A DNA stretch of 64,000 nucleotides from Dehalococcoidia bacterium (lineage in GTDB: Bacteria; Chloroflexota; Dehalococcoidia; DSTF01; WHTK01). Below, piece by piece: positions 19,751-31,312 of the stretch (its first letter is position 1; each line of letters opens with the position of its first letter). A program made the position numbers and the translations under genes. The notes under the pieces were generated by a model. The model was not told the origin of the DNA, searched no databases, and worked only from the letters and a program-made list of their open reading frames with translations. The stretch is taken from NCBI GenBank assembly GCA_965225815.1, contig CBDDBP010000007.1, positions 426,496 to 490,495 of the forward strand, written 5' to 3'.

Positions 19751-20929
19751 ATGAATACTCTCGAGGTTCCCCACGTTTCAGAAGCCCGAAACCCCGCTGC
19801 GGCAAAGGCGATGAGCCATGCCTACGGGTTCGATGATGTGGCAATCGTACCCGGGGCCTATACGGTAAATCCCGATCTCACCGACGTATCGCTCAATCTG
19901 GGCGATTTTTCATTTCAGATACCGATCCTGGCGGCGGCAACCGATGCGGTGGTCAGTCCGGAGTTCGCCGGCAAACTGGGTCGGCTGGGTGGCCTGGCTG
20001 TCCTTAACCTCGAAGGCATTCACACCCGATACGCAGATACGGAGCCCCTATTCCGGTCGATCGCTTCCGCCTCCAAGACAGAGGTAACGGCGCTACTGCA
20101 AAGCTATTACACACAGCCGATCCAGCCGGAACTGATCGCCCAGAGAGTGCGAGAGATGAAGGCTGAGGGCGTTACGGTCGCCGTTTCGGCGACGCCTGCT
20201 AACACGAAGAAGTTCGCCCCTGTCGCAGTCGAAGCCGGCTGCGATATTTTTGTTGTCCAATCGACCGTCACGACGGCACGTCACATTTCACACAGCCTGG
20301 AAGGCCTGCGCTTCGAGCGCCTGACCAAGGACCTGCCAATCCCGGTCCTCGTGGGCAACACGGTTGGCTACAACGCGACGCGAGAGCTGATGGAGAGCGG
20401 TGTGGCCGGCATTCTCGTTGGGGTGGGCCCTGGCGCGATCTGTACCAGCCGCGAAGTGCTCGGAATTGGCGTGCCTCAGGTTAGCGCCACGATCCAGTGT
20501 GCTGCCGCACGTGACGACTACCTCCGAGACACCGGCCGCTACGTCCCAATCATCACGGATGGCGGCATTCAGAAGTCAGGCGACCTCAACAAAGCGATCG
20601 CGTCTGGCGCCGACGGCGTCATGTTGGGATCGATTTTCGCGGGCACGGCAGAAGCGCCTGGCCTTGGCCACCACTGGGGCATGGCGACACCGCACGCGGA
20701 GCTGCCGCGCGGCTCCCGCATCACAGTTGGAGTCAATACGACGCTTGACCGCGTGCTGTACGGCCCGACTTCGCGAAATGACGGTTCAGAAAACTTGATC
20801 GGCGCACTGCGTACGGCGATGGGCATGTGCGGCGCTCGTACGGTCCGCGAATTCCAGCAGGCCGACGTCATCATCGCCCCTTCGATAAAGACGGAAGGCA
20901 AGAGCTACCAGCTCGCCGGCCTGACCTAG
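19751..20929 (+). CDS. IMP dehydrogenase-family protein lacking CBS domains (GuaB3-like)
   Basis: IMPDH TIM-barrel motifs ([18 protein letters not shown]) without a CBS insert. AAAGGGG ribosome-binding site before ATG 19751. Confidence 0.65.
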   Translation: MNTLEVPHVSEARNPAAAKAMSHAYGFDDVAIVPGAYTVNPDLTDVSLNLGDFSFQIPILAAATDAVVSPEFAGKLGRLGGLAVLNLEGIHTRYADTEPLFRSIASASKTEVTALLQSYYTQPIQPELIAQRVREMKAEGVTVAVSATPANTKKFAPVAVEAGCDIFVVQSTVTTARHISHSLEGLRFERLTKDLPIPVLVGNTVGYNATRELMESGVAGILVGVGPGAICTSREVLGIGVPQVSATIQCAAARDDYLRDTGRYVPIITDGGIQKSGDLNKAIASGADGVMLGSIFAGTAEAPGLGHHWGMATPHAELPRGSRITVGVNTTLDRVLYGPTSRNDGSENLIGALRTAMGMCGARTVREFQQADVIIAPSIKTEGKSYQLAGLT

Positions 20930-21081
20930 AACAACGCTTCCTCAAGCTTTCTGCCGGGCCTTAGAAGCCCAGCATTTTGATTTACCGATTCACCGCCGGA
21001 AGCGACCCTTGCCGCCGTTGTCTTGGCGGGTGCTATCATCGCGCCGGCGAGAGCCCACCGTCCGATCGCTCTGGAGGTTCC

Positions 21082-21744
21082 ATGTCGAGCGAGATGTCGA
21101 CAAATCCACACCCGGTGACCTACTTCGTCACGCCACAGATGGAAGGCCGTAATCGGCTGACCTGCTTCTTTCGGATCATCCTGGCGATCCCGCACTTGAT
21201 CCTCGTCGGCGGACCCGGCGGATTGGGCCTCAGCTTTCCTTTCGGCATCTTTGGCCGCAACGGATACGCGGGCTTCGTGGGTAACGGGGCGCTGGGCGCA
21301 GTTGCGGCGGTCTGTGCTGTAGTTTCATGGTTCGCCATCCTGTTTACGGGCAAGCAGCCGAAGGGCCTCTGGGATCTGGCTAACTTCTATCTTCGTTGGC
21401 GTAGTAAGGCTGTCGCCTACAGCGCGTTGCTGCGTGACGAGTATCCCCCGTTCGGCGAGGGGGAGTATCCGGTCGATTTCGGCCTTGCCGAGTTCCCGGA
21501 ACAGCGAAACAAATGGACCGTGGCGTTGCGCATCTTCTACGTCATTCCACATGCCATCGTGCTGTTCTTCCTCGGCATCGCCTGGGCGATCACGGCGATC
21601 ATTGGCTGGCTGTCGATCCTATTCACTGGTTCGTATCCGGAGGGGCTGTACCGTTTTGCCGTGGGCTATCTGCGCTGGTCGTTGCGCGTAGAGGCGTATG
21701 CGCTGCTGATCCACGACGAGTACCCGCCCTTCAGCCTGGATTAG
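21082..21744 (+). CDS. Membrane protein with two DUF4389-like repeats
   Basis: Repeated IPHxIVL…W…ILFTG…YPxGL motifs. GGAGG ribosome-binding site before ATG 21082. Confidence 0.6.
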   Translation: MSSEMSTNPHPVTYFVTPQMEGRNRLTCFFRIILAIPHLILVGGPGGLGLSFPFGIFGRNGYAGFVGNGALGAVAAVCAVVSWFAILFTGKQPKGLWDLANFYLRWRSKAVAYSALLRDEYPPFGEGEYPVDFGLAEFPEQRNKWTVALRIFYVIPHAIVLFFLGIAWAITAIIGWLSILFTGSYPEGLYRFAVGYLRWSLRVEAYALLIHDEYPPFSLD

Positions 21745-21789
21745 CGCGATGGGTTTGCCACCGCGCTCGTCAGCGCTTATCTTCAGGCC

Positions 21790-22635
21790 ATGAAGATAGG
21801 TGCACACGTATCAACCGCGGGCGGGCCGGTGACTTGCTTCGATCGGGCGGAAGCGATCGGCGCGGAAGCAGCTCAGATCTTCCTTACACCGCCGCAGCAG
21901 TGGCGCAGTAGCAAAGTCGAACCGGAGCAGGCTGAGGCGTTTCGAGCCCGGGCCGCCGCCAGTAGCTGCGGACCCGTCTTTGTCCACGGCGTTTACCTGA
22001 TCAACCTGGCGACGGCGGACGAGACCATGCTCACACGCTCGACCAGCTCGCTGAAATCGGCGCTGACGAGCTGCTCGCAGCTGGGCATTCAGGGCGTCAT
22101 ATTCCATCTCGGCTCGCACAAGGGGCAGGGGCTCGATGCTGTCTTTGCTCAGATCTGCCAGGCCTGCAGCGACGTCCTGGAGGCTACGCCGGACGACGTG
22201 CAGTTGATCCTGGAGAACTCGGCCGGCGCCGGCGGCAACATCGGGTCTGAGTTCGCCGACCTCGGCCGCATCATCCGCACCGTCGGCAGTGACCGGCTCA
22301 AGGTGTGCGTCGACACGCAGCATTCCTTTGCTGCCGGTTACGACCTTTCGTCAATCGAAGGGCTGGAGACTGCGATGACCGAGTTCGAGCAGGAAGTCGG
22401 CTTCGACAACCTGGTGGCGGTTCACGCCAACGACTCCAAGGTTGAGCTGGGCGCCGGCCGCGACCGTCACGAGAACATCGGCGAGGGCCACATCGGCGTC
22501 GATGCGTTCCGCCGCATGCTGCATCATCGGGGCTTCGATGACGTTCCGTTCCTGCTAGAAGTGCCGGGCTTCGGTGAGGCCAAGGGCCCGGACCAGCAGA
22601 ACGTGGACCTGCTCAAGAAGCTACGCGACGAGTAG
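21790..22635 (+). CDS. nfo: Deoxyribonuclease IV / endonuclease IV (AP endonuclease family 2)
   Basis: The N-terminus MKIGAHVSTAGG and overall TIM-barrel Nfo conservation. Confidence 0.85.
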   Translation: MKIGAHVSTAGGPVTCFDRAEAIGAEAAQIFLTPPQQWRSSKVEPEQAEAFRARAAASSCGPVFVHGVYLINLATADETMLTRSTSSLKSALTSCSQLGIQGVIFHLGSHKGQGLDAVFAQICQACSDVLEATPDDVQLILENSAGAGGNIGSEFADLGRIIRTVGSDRLKVCVDTQHSFAAGYDLSSIEGLETAMTEFEQEVGFDNLVAVHANDSKVELGAGRDRHENIGEGHIGVDAFRRMLHHRGFDDVPFLLEVPGFGEAKGPDQQNVDLLKKLRDE

Positions 22636-22641
22636 TGATTT

Positions 22642-24042
22642 CTACAGTGCCGGCCTCTGCTTGTGCCAGTCAGTGACCTGCTGATAAGCGTTCGCTGCCC
22701 GCAGCACGAGTCCCTCTTCCCACCAACGACCGGATAACTGAGCGCCGATGGGCTGCCCGTCCGCCGAGAAGCCGGCCGGCATCGTAATCGTTGGCGTAGC
22801 CGTGATGTTGAACGGGCTGGTATGGCGCAGAAGCAGCGCGTTGCCGGCCATCCCGGGGGCCACTTCGGCGATCTTCGGGGCGATCATGGGCTGCGTTGGC
22901 GTCAGCACCAGATCGATGTCGCGCATCAGATTGCGCACCGCCTGCTGAAGCTCGAGCTGGCGCCAGCGGTCGCGAACGTAGTCGACACCGGTGATTCCGG
23001 CGCTGTCGGCCATACGCTGACGGATTGTCGGGTCGTACATTTCAGGGTGCGCTTTGAAGTCCGATTCGTGGGTCCAGGATGCCTCGGCGTAAAACCCACT
23101 GGTCCGGGCGAACTCGAGGTCGTCTGGGAAGTCGATATCGGTCACTTCGGCGCCGAGCGACGCGAGCACCTCGCCGGCCGTCTTCGTTGCCGAGATGATG
23201 AACGGGTCGACGACGTCCGGGTCGAAGAAGAAGTTACGCGGCACACCGACTCGGACGCCTTCGAGTCGTGGCGGTGTCAGCGAAGCGGCGTAATCGGGCA
23301 CGGGAAGGTCGGCGCTGGTCGGGTCGCGCTCGTCGTAGCCGGCGATGGCGTTGAGGATGAGGGCGCAGTCTTCGGCGGTTCGCGCCATCGGTCCCGAGTG
23401 ATCGAGAGACCAGTTGAGCGGCGCGATGCCACGGATGCTGACTCGGCCCCAGGTCGCTTTCATGCCCGTGATGCCGTTTAGGGCGGCAGGGATGCGGATG
23501 CTGCCGCGTGTGTCGGTGCCCAGCGAGCCGTAACAGTAACCTGCTGCGAGCGCCGCGCCGGACCCGCCAGACGAGCCACCGGTGATGCGCTCCGTGTCCC
23601 AGGGATTTCGCGGCGTCGGGTAGTACTCGTTGATGTTGGTGCCGCCCATGGCCCATTCGTGCAGGTTGAGCTTGCCGAGCATGACCACGCCCGCCTGCTT
23701 GAGGAGCTCGACGGTGCGTGCGTCCTCGGAGGGGACGTTGTGCTCGTAGAGCTGCGAGCCGAAGGTCGTCCTGACGCCGGCTGTTTCGTAGAGGTCCTTA
23801 ATCGCGAAGGGGATTCCGTGCAGCGGCCCGCGGTAGTGGCCTGCCGCGATTTCGTCGCCAGCCGCCTTTGCGTCTTGGCGCGCCGTTTCGAAGGTCATCG
23901 TGAGGTAGGCGTGCAGCGTCTCGTCGAGCGCCTCGGCGCGAGCGATGCAGGCCTCGGTGAGGTCGAGGGGTGAGACTTCGCGGGTTTGAATCAGCTTCGC
24001 GGCTTCGGCCAACGACAAGTAGATCAGGCTGGTATCGATCAT
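22642..24042 (-). CDS. Amidase (amidase-signature family)
   Basis: GGSSGGSGAA…GTDTRGSIRIPA amidase signature sequence. Confidence 0.8.
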   Translation of the reverse strand: MIDTSLIYLSLAEAAKLIQTREVSPLDLTEACIARAEALDETLHAYLTMTFETARQDAKAAGDEIAAGHYRGPLHGIPFAIKDLYETAGVRTTFGSQLYEHNVPSEDARTVELLKQAGVVMLGKLNLHEWAMGGTNINEYYPTPRNPWDTERITGGSSGGSGAALAAGYCYGSLGTDTRGSIRIPAALNGITGMKATWGRVSIRGIAPLNWSLDHSGPMARTAEDCALILNAIAGYDERDPTSADLPVPDYAASLTPPRLEGVRVGVPRNFFFDPDVVDPFIISATKTAGEVLASLGAEVTDIDFPDDLEFARTSGFYAEASWTHESDFKAHPEMYDPTIRQRMADSAGITGVDYVRDRWRQLELQQAVRNLMRDIDLVLTPTQPMIAPKIAEVAPGMAGNALLLRHTSPFNITATPTITMPAGFSADGQPIGAQLSGRWWEEGLVLRAANAYQQVTDWHKQRPAL

Positions 24043-24122
24043 GACGGCACCTCCTCAGCGCACGGCGATTCTACGCCGATTCCCGGCGATGACGGCTTGC
24101 TGAAGGCGTTACGTCTCTGGGA

Positions 24123-25040
24123 TTAGCCGATAGCGGCGACGGCCTGCTGCGTTGGGTCTGAGTAGATTTCACCGACGATTTCGACGAAGGCCTGCGCCAC
24201 GGGGCCCAGCGGCCGGCTGCGGCGACTGATCAGGGCGATCTGACGCGAGGGGTTCGGCATGTCCTCGATCTCGACGACGCGCAAGATGCCTTCCTTGAGC
24301 TCGCGCTCCAGGGCGACCTTGGGCAGCATGGCGATACCGAGGCCCTCTTCGACCATCTTCTTGGTCGCCTCCATGGAGTCCAGCTCCATCTGGGTGCGTG
24401 GCACGACGCCGTGCTGGCGGAAGATGCCCTGCGCCAAGGAGTAGTAGCTGGAGTTGCGGTCGAAAAAGATGAAGGGGTGGTCGCCGAGCTGCTCCACGGT
24501 GACGGAGCCGCGGCCGACCAGCTCATGGTCGGCGTTCGCCACCAGGACGAGTTCGTCTTCGATCAGGCCCTTGGTCTCGATGTCCTGGTGATAGACGGCG
24601 CGGACGAGGCCTACTTGGGCCTCATCCTGCAGCATCATCTGCAACACCTGCTCTGAGCGGCCAGTACGCACCGAAACCTCAATGCGCGGATAGCGAGCTC
24701 GAAAGGTCTTGAGCAGTCCGGGCAGGACGTAGGTGCTGACCGTCGTCGCCGAGGCCAGAACGAGGGAGCCAGAGTGGAGATTACGCAGCGAGTCGATCGC
24801 GTCGCGGCCTGTATTCAAGGCCTGCAGTACGCGCTCGGCGTGGGGCAGAAAGCACTCGCCGACTTCTGTAAGGCGAATGCCTCGGCCGGAGCGCTCGAAC
24901 AGACGCTCACCGAGGTCGCGCTCGAGCGCCTGGATGCGCGCGGTCACGGAGGGTTGAGTCAGAAAAAGCGCCTCTGCCGCCCGGCTGAAGCTGTGCTGGC
25001 TGGCTACCTGAACGAAGGCCTCTAGTTGCCCGAGATCCAC
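24123..25040 (-). CDS. LysR-family transcriptional regulator
   Basis: N-terminal LysR HTH (FSRAAEALFLTQPSVTARIQALE) plus a C-terminal substrate-binding domain. Confidence 0.8.
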   Translation of the reverse strand: MDLGQLEAFVQVASQHSFSRAAEALFLTQPSVTARIQALERDLGERLFERSGRGIRLTEVGECFLPHAERVLQALNTGRDAIDSLRNLHSGSLVLASATTVSTYVLPGLLKTFRARYPRIEVSVRTGRSEQVLQMMLQDEAQVGLVRAVYHQDIETKGLIEDELVLVANADHELVGRGSVTVEQLGDHPFIFFDRNSSYYSLAQGIFRQHGVVPRTQMELDSMEATKKMVEEGLGIAMLPKVALERELKEGILRVVEIEDMPNPSRQIALISRRSRPLGPVAQAFVEIVGEIYSDPTQQAVAAIG

Positions 25041-25102
25041 TCCAAATTACCTCCCATAGACGCCGCCTATTATAACATCAGGATCGGCAGCACTATGACG
25101 CG

Positions 25103-25432
25103 TTAGCCTGCCTCGGCCGCGCGTACGCCTGCCTTGTTTACGGTCACGGCGCCATCCTTGAGGACGATCGCCTGGCAGGCCAGCCGCATCGGCGTGGATA
25201 GAATCGCTTCACCGCGTTCGGCCACGAGCGTCTTGCGCTCGTTACGCCCCATCTCCGCCAGAAGATCGGCTCCGCTGACGATTTCGCTCAAGCAGGTTGT
25301 GCAGATCGCCTGGCCGCCGCAGGTGGTCGGCCAGTAGAGGCCGAGAGCCTGGGCTCCGCCCATCAACGTGTCGCCCGGATTGACCTCGATATCAAGATTG
25401 GCGGGCAGGATAGTCACCCTCGTCATAGTCAA
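25103..25432 (-). CDS. [2Fe-2S] ferredoxin (adrenodoxin/plant-type fold)
   Basis: CGGxxxCxTC…C cysteine pattern in 109 aa. Confidence 0.7.
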   Translation of the reverse strand: MTMTRVTILPANLDIEVNPGDTLMGGAQALGLYWPTTCGGQAICTTCLSEIVSGADLLAEMGRNERKTLVAERGEAILSTPMRLACQAIVLKDGAVTVNKAGVRAAEAG

Positions 25433-25495
25433 ATCTTAGCATGACCCACAAGATCAATACCCAACGCCTATCGATTAATAAACTTAAGTGTCGTT

Positions 25496-25834
25496 CTACG
25501 AGATGTTTCGCAGGGCAGGGAAGGCGAGCGCCATCAGGACGGCGCAACTCAGGCAGACCGCCGCCATGATCTGCAGGATGCGTTTCTTGTCCATGCGGTC
25601 GGCCAGGACGCCGGCCCAGACACCCTGGAAGAGCATCGGCACCATGCGCGTACCGGCAACGAGGCCGACGAGAAACGGGGAGTCGGTCATTTCCAGGATC
25701 AGAAACGGACGGGCGACGTTCTCCATCCACTGCGAGGCGGCGGCGCCAATCTGCCCTTGCCACAGATAGCGGAAGTCGCGGAACTGCAACGAGTGAAAAA
25801 GTAGAAGGTCGGGGTGGAGGAGCGCCGTCGTCAC
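25496..25834 (-). pseudogene. N-terminal roughly 110-aa stub of an MFS transporter (truncated)
   Basis: FRDFRYLWQGQ plus two or three TM helices typical of an MFS N-terminus. It stops at 25496 and is followed by an AT-richer 60-nt stretch; a full MFS is about 400 aa. Confidence 0.4.
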
Positions 25835-26123
25835 CTACGGCGATCTCGAAACGGATGGCGCCGCGCTCGATCATGCCGCGGCCAGCCGAATGATTGAGTC
25901 GTATTCTCTCCAGACGACGAACCGGCTATCAGCCCCGAGCCCTAAGGGATCCCATGCCCACGCAAGGCTGCGCATTTCGTCCCAGTCGGCCTGACTCAGC
26001 GCCATCTAGCTAATCGTATATGGATCGAGTCCAACGTCCGAAAGTTCGTGTCCTCGAAGTCCGCTACACATTCACGGGGCAAAGGCTCTTTCGCCTAGCC
26101 GGAAGAGTCCTAGACTAAACGCC

Positions 26124-27515
<1,392 letters not shown>

Positions 27516-27530
27516 GGACAGACGGCGGCA

Positions 27531-27575
27531 CGGTCGAACTCCGGTCTTTATACCGGAGTTCGACCGGCCGTTTGT
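27531..27575 (+). terminator. Rho-independent terminator of fumC
   Basis: Perfect 15-bp stem CGGTCGAACTCCGGT-cttta-ACCGGAGTTCGACCG followed by a GTTTGTG tail. Confidence 0.6.
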
Positions 27576-27627
27576 GGCCCCGATATTTCCAGGTGTATCG
27601 CAGCACGTAGCCGCGCTGTTCGACGAA

Positions 27628-28047
27628 CTAGGCTTGGTCGTTGTCAGGCTCGAGCCCAATATCCCGCCGATAGTGCGCGCCCTCGAAGAGGATGCGCGCG
27701 ACGTTGTCGTATGCTTTTGTGCGCGCTTGGGCGAGCGTTGGGGCTGTCGCGACGACGCTGAGGACGCGGCCGCCGCTGGTAACGAGACGACCTTCATCGT
27801 CGAGACGAGTGCCGGCGTGAAAGACCTGGACGCCCGCGTCTAGAGAATCTAGGCCGCTGATCGGGAGACCGGTTGTGTAGGCGCCGGGGTAGCCGCCCGA
27901 AGCCATGACGACGCAGACCGACGCGTCGTCGCGCCAGGCGACCGGCACCTCGTGCAAGCGACCGTTGGCGCAGGCCCAGACGATGTCGAGCAGATCGGTA
28001 TCGAGGCGGGGCAGCAGGGCCTGAGTCTCGGGGCCGCCGAGCGCTCA
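27628..28047 (-). pseudogene. purD: C-terminal remnant (about 125 aa) of phosphoribosylamine--glycine ligase PurD; the N-terminal roughly 290 aa are absent
   Basis: GGPETQ…VVMASGGYPG…VFHAGT…GGRVL aligns with E. coli PurD residues about 290-420. An in-frame TGA at 28045-28047 is followed upstream by only about 280 nt of AT-richer sequence before fabF. Confidence 0.55.
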
Positions 28048-28329
28048 GGGACATCTCAGCGGCCCTCTGGAGAGGCCTTTAGAGATCCTCTTGAATCTGA
28101 GGGCGCAGTCTTATGTCGTCCAGAGCCTTTGGAGACCAACGGAGGCGATTGTATTTGTGGGCAATATGTGGGCACATCGCGAACGAGTTCCGCTCTGTTT
28201 CGACGTGAGCGACGTCTTGGGCCATTCAGCGATGCTAAATGCTGATTAACCTTAACGTCAACGTCGCACGTCTCCGACCTGCATTTGACCGGGAACGCCC
28301 CCTGAGATACAAAGGTGGGAAGGTGATTA

Positions 28330-29568
28330 ATGGCTGACTTCCCTCGAGTAGTAGTTACCGGCATTGGAATGGTTACTCCGCTGGGCCTGGACGTGTCCGC
28401 CAGCTGGAAGTGTCTTCTGGCCGGCAAATCCGGCACGAACCGGATTACCCAATTCGATCCAGAGGATTTCGATGTCCAGGTATCGGCCGAGGTTAAGGGG
28501 TTCGTACCTGAAGACCTCATGGACCGCCGCACAGCGCGACGTTCCGGCCGCCACACTCAGATGGCGGTCGTCGCAGCTAACGAGGCGGTGGAATCCGCCA
28601 ACCTGACCATCAATGAAGTAAACCGCGATTCCATCGGTGTTTTGATTGCAAGCTCTGGCGCGCTGTTCAACATCGGCGAGCAGGAGCGAGTCATCAATGA
28701 GCGTGGCCCGAGCCGAGTCGATCCACTGACGGTGCCGAAGGTCGGCCAGTACAGCCCGGCGGTTCGGGTGGGCCGCTTACTTGAGGTTCGTGGACCCAAC
28801 TCCAGCGTGAACAGTGCCTGTGCCTCCGGCGGTGACGCGATCGGCGAGGCGTATAACCTGATGCGCCTGGGTCAGGCGGATTGCATGCTGGCCGGCGGCG
28901 CGGAGTCGATGATCAGCCCAGTCCTCATTTCGTCGCTTGGCGGCCTTGGGGCGCTGACCAAGACCTGGAACGACGAACCGCTGCGGGCCTCCCGGCCATT
29001 CGACCTGAAGCGAAGCGGATTCGTCCTGGGCGAAGGAGCGGCCATCCTCGTCCTCGAGACGGAGGAGTTCGCCCGCCGGCGCGGCGCGCCTATCCTCTGC
29101 GAGCTGAAGGGCGCCGGCTGGTCTTTCGACGCCACGGACGACACCGCGCCCGACGTGGACGGGCAGGCTCTGGCGATGCAACGCGCGCTGAAGAACGCCG
29201 GGCTGACGATGGACGACATCGACTATATCAACGCCCATGGCACTTCGACGCAGCTCAACGACAAGACGGAGACGGCTGCGATCAAGAAGATGTTCGGCGA
29301 GCGCGCATACGGCATTCCGATCAGCTCGACCAAGTCGATGACCGGTCACCTTGCGGCTGCAGCCGGCGCCGTCGAGGCCGCGGTTGGCGTCCTGACGCTG
29401 CGCGATCAAATCATTGCTCCGACGATTAACTACGAAAATCCAGACCCAGAATGCGACCTCGATTACGTGCCGCAAACTTCGCGCAAAGCGAAGGTCGGGG
29501 CGGTGCTCTCCAACTCATTCGGTCTCGGCGGGGAAAACAGCTGCCTCGTCCTGAAGCATTTCGAGTAA
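28330..29568 (+). CDS. fabF: 3-oxoacyl-[ACP] synthase II
   Basis: Cys-His-His triad contexts are present (SACASG, NAHGTST, KSMTGHL). Strong AAGGTGGGAAGG ribosome-binding site. Confidence 0.85.
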   Translation: MADFPRVVVTGIGMVTPLGLDVSASWKCLLAGKSGTNRITQFDPEDFDVQVSAEVKGFVPEDLMDRRTARRSGRHTQMAVVAANEAVESANLTINEVNRDSIGVLIASSGALFNIGEQERVINERGPSRVDPLTVPKVGQYSPAVRVGRLLEVRGPNSSVNSACASGGDAIGEAYNLMRLGQADCMLAGGAESMISPVLISSLGGLGALTKTWNDEPLRASRPFDLKRSGFVLGEGAAILVLETEEFARRRGAPILCELKGAGWSFDATDDTAPDVDGQALAMQRALKNAGLTMDDIDYINAHGTSTQLNDKTETAAIKKMFGERAYGIPISSTKSMTGHLAAAAGAVEAAVGVLTLRDQIIAPTINYENPDPECDLDYVPQTSRKAKVGAVLSNSFGLGGENSCLVLKHFE

Positions 29569-29593
29569 AGATCCATTGGGTTACATCGCGTGG

Positions 29594-30529
29594 ATGGACA
29601 GTGGTCGATTGCCTCGTGAAGAGGTAGGCGGCAAGGGCGCTTCTCTTTGCGAGATGATCGATGCCGGATTCAGAGTCCCCGATGGCTTCGTTGTAACGGC
29701 AGATGGATACCGTCATTTCACCAGCGCGACCGGCATCGCGAGTCGAATCTCTGAGGCGCTGGAAAAGCTCGACCCGGCGGAACCGGCAGCGCTACGGCAC
29801 GCCACGGAATTAATCACCGGCCTCGTGCGTGAGATGGAACTCCCGGACGACCTCAAAGCCGAGATCAGCGCCGGTTACAGCGAACTTTCTGGGCGCATCG
29901 GAGTTCACTCAGCGGTTCGCTCCTCGGCGATTTCCGAGGACGGTTCGGAAGCGTCTTTCGCCGGTCTTTACGAGTCCTACCTCAACATGGTCGGAGAGCG
30001 CGAGGTGCTAGACGCGGTACACCGCTGCTACATCTCCCTGTGGGCCGAACGCGCCGTCAGCTATCGCGCCGGACGGACCGGCGGCGCCGAAGAAGCCATG
30101 GCCGTCGTCGTAATGGGCCTCGTGCCGTCCGACAGTTCAGGCATCGCCTTCACGGCACACCCGGTGACGGGCGCGCTGGACCAGGTCATCATCAACGCCA
30201 GCTTTGGCCTCGGCGAGGCGATCGTTTCGGGCCGCGTTACACCAGACTCCTTCCTGGTAGACAAGAACTCGTTCGGGTTGCTCGAACGCGAGATCTACGC
30301 GAAAGAGTTGGCGGTGTATCCTCACCCGGAAGGTGGCGGCGGCACTATCGAAGAACAGCTCCACCCGAATCGCCAGCGTGAGGCTTCTCTGTCCGACGAA
30401 CAGGCTTGCGAAGTCGCCCGGCTGGCGGCTGACGTCGAAAGGCACTACGGCTCGCCGCAGGACATCGAATGGGCACTACATCAAGAGACGCTCTACTTGC
30501 TGCAATCGCGCCCCATAACGACCCTTTGA
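29594..30529 (+). CDS. PEP-utilising enzyme N-terminal (PPDK_N, ATP-grasp, pyruvate/PEP-binding) domain protein, stand-alone
   Basis: GGKGASL P-loop-like motif. The ORF ends with the LLQSRPITT domain terminus and no phospho-His swivel domain follows. An alternative TTG start lies at 29576. Confidence 0.65.
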   Translation: MDSGRLPREEVGGKGASLCEMIDAGFRVPDGFVVTADGYRHFTSATGIASRISEALEKLDPAEPAALRHATELITGLVREMELPDDLKAEISAGYSELSGRIGVHSAVRSSAISEDGSEASFAGLYESYLNMVGEREVLDAVHRCYISLWAERAVSYRAGRTGGAEEAMAVVVMGLVPSDSSGIAFTAHPVTGALDQVIINASFGLGEAIVSGRVTPDSFLVDKNSFGLLEREIYAKELAVYPHPEGGGGTIEEQLHPNRQREASLSDEQACEVARLAADVERHYGSPQDIEWALHQETLYLLQSRPITTL

Positions 30530-30557
30530 TTCCAATCCTGTCGCGCCGATATATCTA

Positions 30558-31229
30558 GTGATGGAATCGCTCGCCCTTTTTTTACTTGGCCTGCCCTTCG
30601 TTTACGTCGGCAGCCGGCTTGTCCTGCGCCTGACCGACTTCGAGGAGGTTCTCGAGGAAGGAGAGGCGCCCGATCGCGTGCTGCCCTGGCAGGCTGATCC
30701 CTGGTCCGGACGGGTACGTTGGGGTGTCATGATGCTGCTGCCAATCTTCATGGCCGTGGCTGGTTTTCGCTTCGATATTTTGCCGGCGCTACTGGTCTCC
30801 CTGTTGCTCGGCGCGCTCCTGGTTTGCACGGCAACCGACCTGCTGCGCTATCGAGTTCCCAACGTAATCACCTATCCGAGCATTGCGCTGGCGTTGACGC
30901 TAGGCCTGGTCATGCCGGACGCCGATCTCAAGGGGGCCGTCATTGCTGCGGCGCTGGCCGGCGGGTTGTTCTTTTTGCTGGCGATTATTACGCGCGGCGG
31001 ACTCGGGCTCGGTGACGTGAAGCTGGCCGTGCTGATCGGCGCGATGCTGGGCCTGCCGGCGGCGTACCTGGCGCTGTTCTACGGCGTCATCGCGGGCGGG
31101 GTGATCATCTTCCTGCTATTCGCTGTCGGCGTCGTGCAGCGCAAAGAGCCCGTGCCCTACGCGCCGTTCCTGGCGCTAGCCGCCATCGGCGTCGCCTTAT
31201 TTCAGGGCGCCGCTTTCGCGCCTCTATAA
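30558..31229 (+). CDS. A24-family (prepilin/TadV-CpaA-like) aspartic peptidase, membrane
   Basis: Two catalytic Asp contexts are present: TDLLRYRVPN…TYP and GLGLGDVKLAV. Confidence 0.6.
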   Translation: MMESLALFLLGLPFVYVGSRLVLRLTDFEEVLEEGEAPDRVLPWQADPWSGRVRWGVMMLLPIFMAVAGFRFDILPALLVSLLLGALLVCTATDLLRYRVPNVITYPSIALALTLGLVMPDADLKGAVIAAALAGGLFFLLAIITRGGLGLGDVKLAVLIGAMLGLPAAYLALFYGVIAGGVIIFLLFAVGVVQRKEPVPYAPFLALAAIGVALFQGAAFAPL

Positions 31230-31312
31230 AGACCTCTGCCCGGCGCATTAAGATAGGTGTGGCGCTGCCATGTGGAAGCTTCGGCGCGCTGATTTTCTGG
31301 AGGACGCCCCGC

